Positions 1-7,657 of a DNA stretch of 64,000 nucleotides are shown here, piece after piece (positions within the stretch are counted from its first letter, which is position 1; each line of letters starts with the position of its first letter). The position numbers were made by a program, and so were the translations under genes. The DNA is from Oscillospiraceae bacterium. GTDB lineage: Bacteria; Bacillota; Clostridia; Oscillospirales; CAG-272. Below the pieces are notes generated by a model. The model saw only the letters and a list, made by a program, of their open reading frames with translations, was not told the DNA's origin and ran no database searches. The stretch covers positions 1,451-65,450 of the forward strand of contig SVTR01000008.1 of NCBI GenBank assembly GCA_015063685.1. Reading direction: 5' to 3'.

Positions 1-1
1 T

Positions 2-3000
2 GAGTCTGAGGAGGATCATGAAAGATTGCTGGCAGCCATTGAGGCAGCTTTGGCCGCAGCCGGTCTGCCCACCGACTCCGAGGTATCTCTGTATACCGCC
101 CGTACGGTTATGACTCCTGCGGAGATCGAGGCCGTATTCGGTGATCGCTTCGACGACGTACAGGTCAACGCCATTTACAAGTATGATATCTCCTTCAAGG
201 CCGGCGATACCGTTCTGTCTGTTGAGGGTCTGGAAAACAACATTCACCGTGTAAATGTGGACTATGATCCTGATTCCGACAGCCAGTTCAAGGTCGTCAC
301 CGAGGACGAGGATGAGGTTATCGATTCTACGGTAACCGAAGGCGGAGACAAGGGTGCCGAGGTCGAATTCCCCACTACCCACTATTCCAGCTTCTATGTA
401 GTAGACTATTCCGAGATCTACTCCGTCAGCGTTGCCGACGATACCATCAGGGTTTCTCCCGCAAAGGGTGTTAAGAATACCAATGTTACTGTAAGCGTAA
501 CTCTTGCAGAGGGTTATGAGCTGGTCCGTCTCTACTATGTGAACGCCGCAGGAATTGAGACCGAGATCACCGGAAACAGCTTTACTCTTACCGAGGACGT
601 CACCGTGAAGGCGGAGATCGTCAGAAAGTATACCGTAACCTGGATCGTGGATGGCAAGACCACCACCGAATCTTACAGGCAAGGTGAGACGCCTACCTTC
701 AAGGGCTCTACCGACAAGGCGCCTACCGTACAGTTCACCTACACCTTCAAGGGTTGGGATAAGGACATTGTTCCTGTCAGTGGTGACGCAACCTACACCG
801 CCACCTACACCGAAACCACTAGAAAGTATACTGTAACCTGGATCGTGGATGGTGTGTCCACCCCCGAGACCTATGAATATGGCAAGATGCCTGCCTTCAA
901 GGGCTCTACCGACAAGGCATCTACCGTACAGTTCACCTACAGCTTCGATGGTTGGGATAAGACCATTGAGACTGTGAAGGGTGACGCAACCTACACCGCA
1001 ACCTATACCGAAGCCCTCAGAGAGTATACCGTAACCTGGATCGTGGATGGCAAGACCACCACCGAATCCTACAAGTACGGCGCTACACCTACCTTCAAGG
1101 GCTCTACCGACAAGGCGTCTACCGCTCAGTATGATTACACCTTCAAGGGTTGGGATAAGACCATTGAGACTGTGAAGGGTGACGCAACCTACACCGCAAC
1201 CTATACCGAAGCCCCCAGAGAGTATACCGTAACCTGGATCGTGGATGGCAAGACCACCACCGAATCCTACAAGTATGGCGCTACACCTACCTTCAAGGGC
1301 TCTACCGACAAGGCGTCTACCGCTCAGTATGATTACACCTTCAAGGGTTGGGATAAGACCATTGAGACTGTGAAGGGTGACGCAACCTACACCGCAACCT
1401 ACACCGAAGCCCTCAGAGAGTATACCGTAACCTGGATCGTGGATGGCAAGACCACCACCGAATCCTACAAGTATGGCGCTACACCTACCTTCAAGGGCTC
1501 TACCGACAAGGCATCTACCGTACAGTTCACCTACACCTTCGATGGTTGGGATAAGACCATTGAGACTGTGACCGGTGACGCAACCTACACCGCAACCTAC
1601 ACCGAAACCGCTCGTTATCCTGAGGATGGTGACGTGGACGTTACCATTGATCCCGAGAACGAGAATCAGATTGATATCAAGGGCGATGCCACCGCGGATG
1701 ACGAAGGCAACACCGACGTTGAGATCCCCATGGGTCCCATCTTCGAGGAAGCTGAAAAGAATCCCGAGCTGAACCTGGATATCACCGTCGACTTTGGCGA
1801 CGGCTACACCGCTGACATCGACGTCTCCGACGAGGAGCTGCAGAAGATCATGGAGCAGCTTGACGAGATCCTGAAGGATACCGACAAGACCCTGGACGAT
1901 GTGGACTTCTACGTTTCCCGTGAGGAGATCACCACCGAGGACGGTGACAAGACTTACGTCTATGACATCACCTTCCGTGTGGACGGCGAAGATGTAGATC
2001 TTGAGGCTACTCCCGGTGAAAACAAGATCACCGTGAATCTGCCCGAGGTCGAGGAAGGCCACGAGTATATCGTTGAGGTTTGGGATCCCACCGCTAATGA
2101 GGGCGAGGGCGGCTACGTTGAGCTTCCCGAGGATGCCTACACCCTGACCGTTGCCGATAACGGCAACACTACGCTGGAAGTCACGGTTCCTTACTACACC
2201 GAGCTCCGTGTGGTAGAGAAGATCCTGTCCTTCACCGTTACCTTCAAGGATTGGGATGATTCCGTATGGTACGAGGCTGTGTACGAGTACGGTACTGTCA
2301 TCACCCTGGCCGAAACACCTTATCGCCAGAGCACCCTGACGACCTCTTATGAGTTCGCAGGCTGGACACCCGAATTGGCACCCGTAACCGCAGATGCGGT
2401 CTACACCGCCACCTACACCCAGAAGCCCTCCTATCCTGAGGATGGAGACATCGACGTCGGAAAGGATCCCGAGGACGGCTCCATCGACGTGAACGTCAAT
2501 ATCAAGGATGATGAAGAGGACGGCAAGACCGAAGTGGAGATCCCCTTGGGTCCCATCATTCCCGAAATCGAGAACGGTCTTGATAAGCCCATCAACATCA
2601 GCGTCAACTTTGGCAGCACCTACTATCTGAAGGCAGACATTCTGCCCGAAGATCAGGCGGCTATCCTTGAGACCATCAAGGGTATCATCGAAGCCAAGGG
2701 TCTTACCAATGATGACGTGAAGCTTATTGTCTCCCGTGAGAGCATCACCGTGGACGGCAATTCTGCTTACGTTTACGATCTCTCCTTCAAGGTGGGTGAC
2801 GTGCTGGTGAGCGTAGCCGGTAAGGGCGCGAACACCATCACCGTTAACGTGCCTTTGACCGACGGCGGTCAGGCTGCCTTCGAGGTCTATGTCAAGAACA
2901 TGGATGGAGAGCTTGAAAAGCTGGATGCTCAGCTTTCCACCGCAGAGAAGGATGGATTCGCAATCGTGACCTTCTCCGTGCCTTGCTACACCCAGATCCG

Positions 3001-3739
3001 TGTGATCGACGTTACGACGATCGAGACCACGCCTGCCGATACGGAGAAGGAGTCTGAGCCCATCGTGGTTCCTGACACTGAGCCCGACACCACCCTCGAT
3101 ACGGAACCCGATACCGAGACCGAAACCGAGGCTGAAACCGAGGAGCCTGCAGGCTGCGACGGATCCAACGCATGGTGGATCATCCTGCTTGTGGTCGTTC
3201 TCCTTGTGATCCTGGCGCTCATTGGCTTCGTGCTCTACCAGAAGGGTATTCTGTTCAAGCAGATCCAGGCTAAGCTGGACGATGCTGAGGATGAGAGCAA
3301 CGGCTCGCCTCTGTTCATTCCTCTGGGTGAAGAATTACCTGAGGATGAGCCTGAGGAAATCCATATCGTACATGAAGTTTCTGTTGAAGAGGTTGATCAG
3401 CTCATGAGCGACAAGACCGCTGAGCATGCTTTGGAGGAATCCGACAAGCTGGGCGGCACAGGCAAACTGGGCATCATCAACATCGGCGTTCTCCACGATA
3501 CCTTCGAGGATGGCGATACCGTCAATCTTGAGGTGCTCAAGGAGAAGGATATGATCGCAGACAGTACCGGTCGACTCAAGGTGCTGGCCAGCGGTTCTCT
3601 TGATAAGGCTTTGACCGTGGAAGCAGATGCATTCTCGGTTCAGGCAATCAAGATGATTACCCTGACGGGCGGTCATGCCGTGAAGCTCCGTGTGAATACT
3701 GACAGTGCTTCCCAAAATCAGAAGAAGCGCAAGAAGTAA
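2..3739 (+). CDS. Cell-surface protein, 5'-truncated by the window edge: Listeria-Bacteroides-type (Flg_new-like) repeats, acidic TE/TD-rich stalk, one C-terminal TM helix, cytoplasmic uL15-like tail
   Basis: The frame is open from nt 2, and the track start at 26 is only the first TTG. It carries five 66-aa YTVTWIVDG...GWD...GDATYTATYTE repeats plus a sixth degenerate copy. A ~200-aa module (YPEDGD...YVYD..F.V) recurs three times. The stalk reads TEPDTTLDTEPDTETETEAETEEP. The TM helix is WWIILLVVVLLVILALIGFVLY. The tail GKLGIINIGVL..GDTVNLEVLKEKDMI...LKVLASGSLDKALTVEADAFSVQAIKMITLTGGHAVKL resembles the C-terminal half of ribosomal protein uL15. Confidence 0.85.
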   Translation, partial: ESEEDHERLLAAIEAALAAAGLPTDSEVSLYTARTVMTPAEIEAVFGDRFDDVQVNAIYKYDISFKAGDTVLSVEGLENNIHRVNVDYDPDSDSQFKVVTEDEDEVIDSTVTEGGDKGAEVEFPTTHYSSFYVVDYSEIYSVSVADDTIRVSPAKGVKNTNVTVSVTLAEGYELVRLYYVNAAGIETEITGNSFTLTEDVTVKAEIVRKYTVTWIVDGKTTTESYRQGETPTFKGSTDKAPTVQFTYTFKGWDKDIVPVSGDATYTATYTETTRKYTVTWIVDGVSTPETYEYGKMPAFKGSTDKASTVQFTYSFDGWDKTIETVKGDATYTATYTEALREYTVTWIVDGKTTTESYKYGATPTFKGSTDKASTAQYDYTFKGWDKTIETVKGDATYTATYTEAPREYTVTWIVDGKTTTESYKYGATPTFKGSTDKASTAQYDYTFKGWDKTIETVKGDATYTATYTEALREYTVTWIVDGKTTTESYKYGATPTFKGSTDKASTVQFTYTFDGWDKTIETVTGDATYTATYTETARYPEDGDVDVTIDPENENQIDIKGDATADDEGNTDVEIPMGPIFEEAEKNPELNLDITVDFGDGYTADIDVSDEELQKIMEQLDEILKDTDKTLDDVDFYVSREEITTEDGDKTYVYDITFRVDGEDVDLEATPGENKITVNLPEVEEGHEYIVEVWDPTANEGEGGYVELPEDAYTLTVADNGNTTLEVTVPYYTELRVVEKILSFTVTFKDWDDSVWYEAVYEYGTVITLAETPYRQSTLTTSYEFAGWTPELAPVTADAVYTATYTQKPSYPEDGDIDVGKDPEDGSIDVNVNIKDDEEDGKTEVEIPLGPIIPEIENGLDKPINISVNFGSTYYLKADILPEDQAAILETIKGIIEAKGLTNDDVKLIVSRESITVDGNSAYVYDLSFKVGDVLVSVAGKGANTITVNVPLTDGGQAAFEVYVKNMDGELEKLDAQLSTAEKDGFAIVTFSVPCYTQIRVIDVTTIETTPADTEKESEPIVVPDTEPDTTLDTEPDTETETEAETEEPAGCDGSNAWWIILLVVVLLVILALIGFVLYQKGILFKQIQAKLDDAEDESNGSPLFIPLGEELPEDEPEEIHIVHEVSVEEVDQLMSDKTAEHALEESDKLGGTGKLGIINIGVLHDTFEDGDTVNLEVLKEKDMIADSTGRLKVLASGSLDKALTVEADAFSVQAIKMITLTGGHAVKLRVNTDSASQNQKKRKK
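626..1615 (+). repeat. Five in-frame tandem 198-bp coding repeats (66 aa each) inside the surface-protein gene
   Basis: Units start at 626, 824, 1022, 1220 and 1418. Units 3 and 4 differ at only 3 of 198 nt. Confidence 0.9.
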
Positions 3740-3751
3740 CTAAAAATGATA

Positions 3752-3788
3752 CCCCCTCGCGGTGAAAGCCGTGAGGGGGTGTTTTTTT
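3752..3788 (+). terminator. Rho-independent terminator of the surface-protein gene
   Basis: Stem CCCCCTCGCGG / CCGTGAGGGGG with a 6-nt loop, followed by GTTTTTTT, 13 nt after the stop codon. Confidence 0.8.
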
Positions 3789-3943
3789 ATCTGTGAAACA
3801 ACCCTCAAGCCCCAAGTGGGGGATCTTTAAGGTGACAACGGTATGGCCGATAGCGTGATTTTATGGCACCCATCGACAAATTCCTACATATACTGTCATG
3901 ACCCGCCCTGCGGGTATCATGCTATCGTAAAGGAGGAACACCC

Positions 3944-4291
3944 ATGGATTATGTAAACGAAAACCCCATGACCGTCAGAGATATCTCGCCGGCACAGGCA
4001 GGACGGCAGAATATCCTTGAGGATCACGAGGAGAGCATGGGAGGATGCGGCTGCACTCCCGGTTGCCCTTGGTCAAATCAGTGTGCTGACGGCTGGGGGC
4101 TGACAGACCACCCTCTGGCTATGGTCTACTCGCCCTGTCAGGGCTTTCACGGGCTGTATGATTTGGAAACGGCCCTCAAGCGAGGCACCTTGTTTTCCGA
4201 ATTGGATCTTCCCTTGGAGGTCGTAGGAGACCGAGACACCATTTCCGCTTGCGGCAGATGCGGCAGAGCATCCCGCTCCAAAACAGTATAA
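3944..4291 (+). CDS. cotJA: Spore coat-associated protein CotJA
   Basis: Carries the CotJA-family motif PLAMVYSPCQGFHGLYDLETALKRGTLFSELDLPL. AGGAGG lies upstream of the ATG, and cotJB and cotJC follow directly. Confidence 0.8.
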   Translation: MDYVNENPMTVRDISPAQAGRQNILEDHEESMGGCGCTPGCPWSNQCADGWGLTDHPLAMVYSPCQGFHGLYDLETALKRGTLFSELDLPLEVVGDRDTISACGRCGRASRSKTV

Positions 4292-4306
4292 GGAGGTGTA
4301 TCATCC

Positions 4307-4906
4307 ATGATGAATCATAAATACGTTCGCGCGCCATACGCGCACGGCTTGAACTATGGTGGCTATACAGGCCTGCAACGCTTGGAACGGAAAGGCTATG
4401 ATCATGGCTTTGCCACTCGCCCGGATTTCGGACAGCCGTCCCAGAACGGAAACGCTTGCCCCTTGAACCGTAACCGTCGGGCAGGGCATAGTATGCCTTT
4501 CGGTGACAGTGCACGCTCCTCAGAACGATTTGGCCGAGGTAGCATTTGCGGTTGTGGCCGATCCTCCCATGGAAATCAGACCGTGCCCGCCCAGTCCGTG
4601 GATATTCCTTCCATTGAGGAAGGCTGCGGATGCGGTTGTGGGGAACAAAACGGAACCAACTGCGACAAGCTTTTGAAGCAGATCCAGACCGTGGATTTTG
4701 CCTTGTACGAGGTGATTCTTTATCTGGACGCCTATCCCGACCATTGTGAAGCCCTGGAGCTTTACCACAAGCTGGTGGCCCGCCGCAAGGGACTTTGGGC
4801 ATCTTATGAGGAGGCTTGCGGCCCCTTGACTGCCATGGGTAACGTCAGCACCACCTCCTGGGATTGGGTAAAGTCTCCCGCCCCTTGGGAATATTCCCAA
4901 AACTAA
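4307..4906 (+). CDS. cotJB: Spore coat protein CotJB with a ~110-aa N-terminal extension
   Basis: The C-terminal ~85 aa (LLKQIQTVDFALYEVILYLDAYPDHCEALELYHKLVARRKGLWASYEEACGPL) match the CotJB pattern. GGAGG lies 9 nt before the ATG at 4307. The true start could be internal. Confidence 0.7.
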   Translation: MMNHKYVRAPYAHGLNYGGYTGLQRLERKGYDHGFATRPDFGQPSQNGNACPLNRNRRAGHSMPFGDSARSSERFGRGSICGCGRSSHGNQTVPAQSVDIPSIEEGCGCGCGEQNGTNCDKLLKQIQTVDFALYEVILYLDAYPDHCEALELYHKLVARRKGLWASYEEACGPLTAMGNVSTTSWDWVKSPAPWEYSQN

Positions 4907-4939
4907 TGCCGTACGCGCAAGAAAGGAAAGGTATATTTT

Positions 4940-5551
4940 ATGTGGATCTATGAGAAGAAGCTCCAATACCCCGTGAAAATAAAAAATCCTGACCCGCAAG
5001 CGGCTCAGATCATTATTTCACAACTCGGCGGGCCGGATGGTGAGCTAGCGGCCTCTATGCGCTATCTCCACCAGCGATACAGTATGCCCGATAAAAAGGT
5101 GGTGGGATTGCTCACGGACATCGGTACCGAGGAGCTTGCCCATCTGGAGATCATCGCGGCCATCCTCTATCAGCTCACCCGCAACCTCAAGGAGGAGGAT
5201 ATCGCCGGCACGCCCTTTGCCACCTATTTTGTGGATCACACCACAGGTCTGTATCCCGTTGCTGCCTCCGGTGTGCCCTTTGACATGAAATACGTGGGGA
5301 TCAAGGGGGATGTGATCGCGGATCTGAACGAGGACCTGGCGGCAGAGCAAAAGGCCCGTGTGACCTACGACAACATCCTGCGCCTGGTGGATGATCCTGA
5401 TATTAAGGATCCTATCAAGTTCCTGCGCGAGCGGGAGCTGGTGCACTATCAGCGCTTCGCCGACGCCCTCCGCATGACCCAGGACACCTTGAACGCCAAG
5501 AATTTTTACGCCTACAATCCCGCCTTTGATACCGCGCGCCTCAAAGGCTGA
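4940..5551 (+). CDS. cotJC: Spore coat protein CotJC (manganese-catalase family)
   Basis: YPVKIKNPDPQAAQIIISQLGGPDGELAASMRYLHQRYSMP...GTEELAHLEII is the Mn-catalase/CotJC signature. Gene order is cotJA-cotJB-cotJC. Confidence 0.9.
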   Translation: MWIYEKKLQYPVKIKNPDPQAAQIIISQLGGPDGELAASMRYLHQRYSMPDKKVVGLLTDIGTEELAHLEIIAAILYQLTRNLKEEDIAGTPFATYFVDHTTGLYPVAASGVPFDMKYVGIKGDVIADLNEDLAAEQKARVTYDNILRLVDDPDIKDPIKFLRERELVHYQRFADALRMTQDTLNAKNFYAYNPAFDTARLKG

Positions 5552-5588
5552 GAGTTCCGGGGCGGGGAAGAAAGCCCACCGTAAAATC

Positions 5589-5614
5589 AAGGCCGAGTCA
5601 ATGGACTCGGCCTT
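5589..5614. terminator. Bidirectional hairpin between the convergent cotJC and sigma-factor genes
   Basis: An 11-bp stem AAGGCCGAGTC/GACTCGGCCTT with a 4-nt loop and modest T-runs on both strands. Confidence 0.5.
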
Positions 5615-5641
5615 GTGGATTTTATCAGTTCTTCGGGAATA

Positions 5642-7330
5642 TCAAGTCTTGGGAAGGGTATCCGCAAAGACCACCGTCATGATGCCGCCGCGGCGGTCAT
5701 CCTCGGGGAGGGTGAGGACACCGTTGTCCAGCATCCAGCGGTAGAAGTACATATACAGAGAATCACCGTAGCCGTTGTCACACGCACGAATGTAGGATTG
5801 AACGTGAGGCGGATAGAGGTCGCATTTGATCTCAAGAATCTTTTTGGCGTAATCGTGATATATGGCGCTGACAGCCTGCATATCCGCGCCTGCATACATA
5901 TCGAGCCCCCAACATCTGCAAACGGGAACATTGACGGAAATACCGTTATCGCGTTTCACGATCAGACCTCGATCATACAGGCGTTGATACTTGCTGACAT
6001 TGACTTGTGTTTCGGGAAGCTGACCCGTGATGTACTCGTAAAGTGCCTCGTAATCTGTGCTTTTGTTGTCTCCCCATCCGTCAGGTCGGGAATCATAGAC
6101 GGTGCTCATCTGGCAGGAAAAGAGTTTTTCATAAATTTCCGACCCACGGATCATCATGCCACAGGCCGTGTAAAGAGAGCCGTCGTAGCTGACGCTGTAT
6201 CCGTCATCGATATAGGCAAGGGCAACGTAGTCACCGCCGTCGGGACGTTTGATGCGGAGCTGTGTAGCCGGCTCTTGGGGATTGGGATTTTGGCTGTCTA
6301 TCGTTTCTCGGAAGGACATATCGCCCATCATAAACCCGCTCCAACGCCAAAGGTTTATATCTTCGTCGGGCACATAAAGATCCTGCTTGTGCTCCTCATA
6401 GAAGCGATCCAAGTTGGATGTCCAAACAGGAGCCAAAAGCTCGCACAAGCGTGCGGCAGTCTCGGTCTTCAGCGCGTGAATGGCTTCATCGATCTCCTTC
6501 GTTCCGCGGTGAATCATCATGTCAGTACGGAGCTTTCCTCCATCCACACGGGACATATAGCCGTATTCCTCCAAATGGGCGATAATATCGGCCATAAAGA
6601 CCGGAGTGATACCCAGTTCTTCTGCGATCTCCTCCTCTGTTTTGGGTGTCCAGTAGGCGGCATAGGCAATGTTCTGCGCCAGCATCGTGTTCAAATGGTT
6701 GGCGGTATCTCCTGTGCTGCCGCAGTAGCCGCTGTGTCCCATACTGCAAAAGCGAATGGGGTTGATCCCCAGTGTTCCTTTATTTCTTTCCATATTCATA
6801 CCCTCCTTGATGGTTTTTCTTGCATCAAACAGATGCCATTTCACCGTCCCCACGGGAATGTCTAAGCCTTCGGCAATCTCCTTGACAGTCTGCCCGCCGT
6901 AGTAGTGGGCTACGATGATCCGTCGTTGGGTCTCACCGAGATAGGCGATCTCCCGCCGCAGGAGCTTGAGGCTGTCCTCATGGGCGGCGCGCTCTGCCCG
7001 TTCGGTATCCTCGTTATCAATCAGCGCGAGAGGCATCCTCGCTCCCGTCTCAGCGACCTGCTCCATCACCTCGTCCACCGATATGCCGCCGCGCTCCCTC
7101 ACTCGGCTCCTTTTTTCGACCCAACGGGCAAAGACAAAGGAGGAAATGCGCCAGATATAGGAATTGACGTTGTAGATCATCCCGTCGCGGAGCAGAGACA
7201 GGTAGACCTCGTAGGTGATATCCGAGGCCAGCTCCTCGGCCTCGTAGGAATCTCGGGTCTTGGACAAGGCAAAGCCGTAGATCCTTTGGAGATATTCGGT
7301 GATGATGCGATCGGCGTTCTGCTTGTCCAT
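5642..7330 (-). CDS. Sigma-70 family (ECF-like) RNA polymerase sigma factor with a ~370-aa non-membrane C-terminal extension
   Basis: The N-terminus has region 2 (RIYGFALSKTRDSYEAEELASDITYEVYL) and region 4 (RRIIVAHYYGGQTVKEIAEGLDIPVGTVKWHLFDARKTIK). A second HTH-like stretch (EEIAEELGITPVFMADIIAHLEEYGYM) and a long unique domain follow. I trimmed the start to the ATG at 7330, which has AAAGGAG 6 nt upstream; the track start at 7486 lacks an RBS. Confidence 0.75.
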   Translation of the reverse strand: MDKQNADRIITEYLQRIYGFALSKTRDSYEAEELASDITYEVYLSLLRDGMIYNVNSYIWRISSFVFARWVEKRSRVRERGGISVDEVMEQVAETGARMPLALIDNEDTERAERAAHEDSLKLLRREIAYLGETQRRIIVAHYYGGQTVKEIAEGLDIPVGTVKWHLFDARKTIKEGMNMERNKGTLGINPIRFCSMGHSGYCGSTGDTANHLNTMLAQNIAYAAYWTPKTEEEIAEELGITPVFMADIIAHLEEYGYMSRVDGGKLRTDMMIHRGTKEIDEAIHALKTETAARLCELLAPVWTSNLDRFYEEHKQDLYVPDEDINLWRWSGFMMGDMSFRETIDSQNPNPQEPATQLRIKRPDGGDYVALAYIDDGYSVSYDGSLYTACGMMIRGSEIYEKLFSCQMSTVYDSRPDGWGDNKSTDYEALYEYITGQLPETQVNVSKYQRLYDRGLIVKRDNGISVNVPVCRCWGLDMYAGADMQAVSAIYHDYAKKILEIKCDLYPPHVQSYIRACDNGYGDSLYMYFYRWMLDNGVLTLPEDDRRGGIMTVVFADTLPKT

Positions 7331-7469
7331 GACGGCTCCTTTCGGTTGTGGGGTGGTTTCATCCATATAAGTGGAGGGAATAAGGGAAAGGTTGGTGGAA
7401 ATGAAAAAAATTTTGGGGTGGAGGAAAAATTTTAAAAAGTATTTTGGTTTTATAATGAGGAAGAATGCC

Positions 7470-7559
7470 GTAGGGGCGCATTCCATATGCGCCCGAGAAT
7501 GCTCAAAAAGCGGAGAGGCTTGCTTTTTTGCAACTGGCGGATATGGAATCCGCCCCTAC
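7470..7559. repeat. REPIN-like inverted doublet (G family, GTAGGGGCG...CGCCCCTAC)
   Basis: Left unit GTAGGGGCGCATtccatATGCGCCC and right unit GGCGGATatggaATCCGCCCCTAC are separated by a ~40-nt spacer. Each unit folds into its own hairpin. Confidence 0.8.
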
Positions 7560-7613
7560 GGTACATATGGAATCCACTCATATTTGAACAGCTTCCGTAT
7601 GGTGAATCATGAT

Positions 7614-7645
7614 TTTGAAAAACCCCGCCCAAACGGGCGGGGTTA
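7614..7645 (-). terminator. Rho-independent terminator of alaS
   Basis: On the minus strand, AACCCCGCCCgtttGGGCGGGGTT is followed by TTTTCAAAA, 13 nt after the stop codon. Confidence 0.8.
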
Positions 7646-7657
7646 TCAGGATATCAA

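Noticed and set aside
3789-3943. Looked for a sigma-E-type mother-cell promoter upstream of cotJA (CATATACT near 3887).
   Set aside because: Only a partial -10-like match, with no convincing -35 at the right spacing. Not reported as a feature.
5642-7486. N-terminal extensions given by the ORF track: 5642-7486, 10466-11389, 11422-12612, 16030-16857, 17028-17945, 19105-19860, 19895-21658, 24312-25238, 29964-31259, 41547-43589, 49219-49944 and 58691-60103.
   Set aside because: The extensions run into repeat elements or AT-rich promoter regions and lack RBSs. Internal ATG or GTG codons preceded by AGGAG-type sites coincide with where family-conserved sequence begins. Starts were trimmed accordingly.
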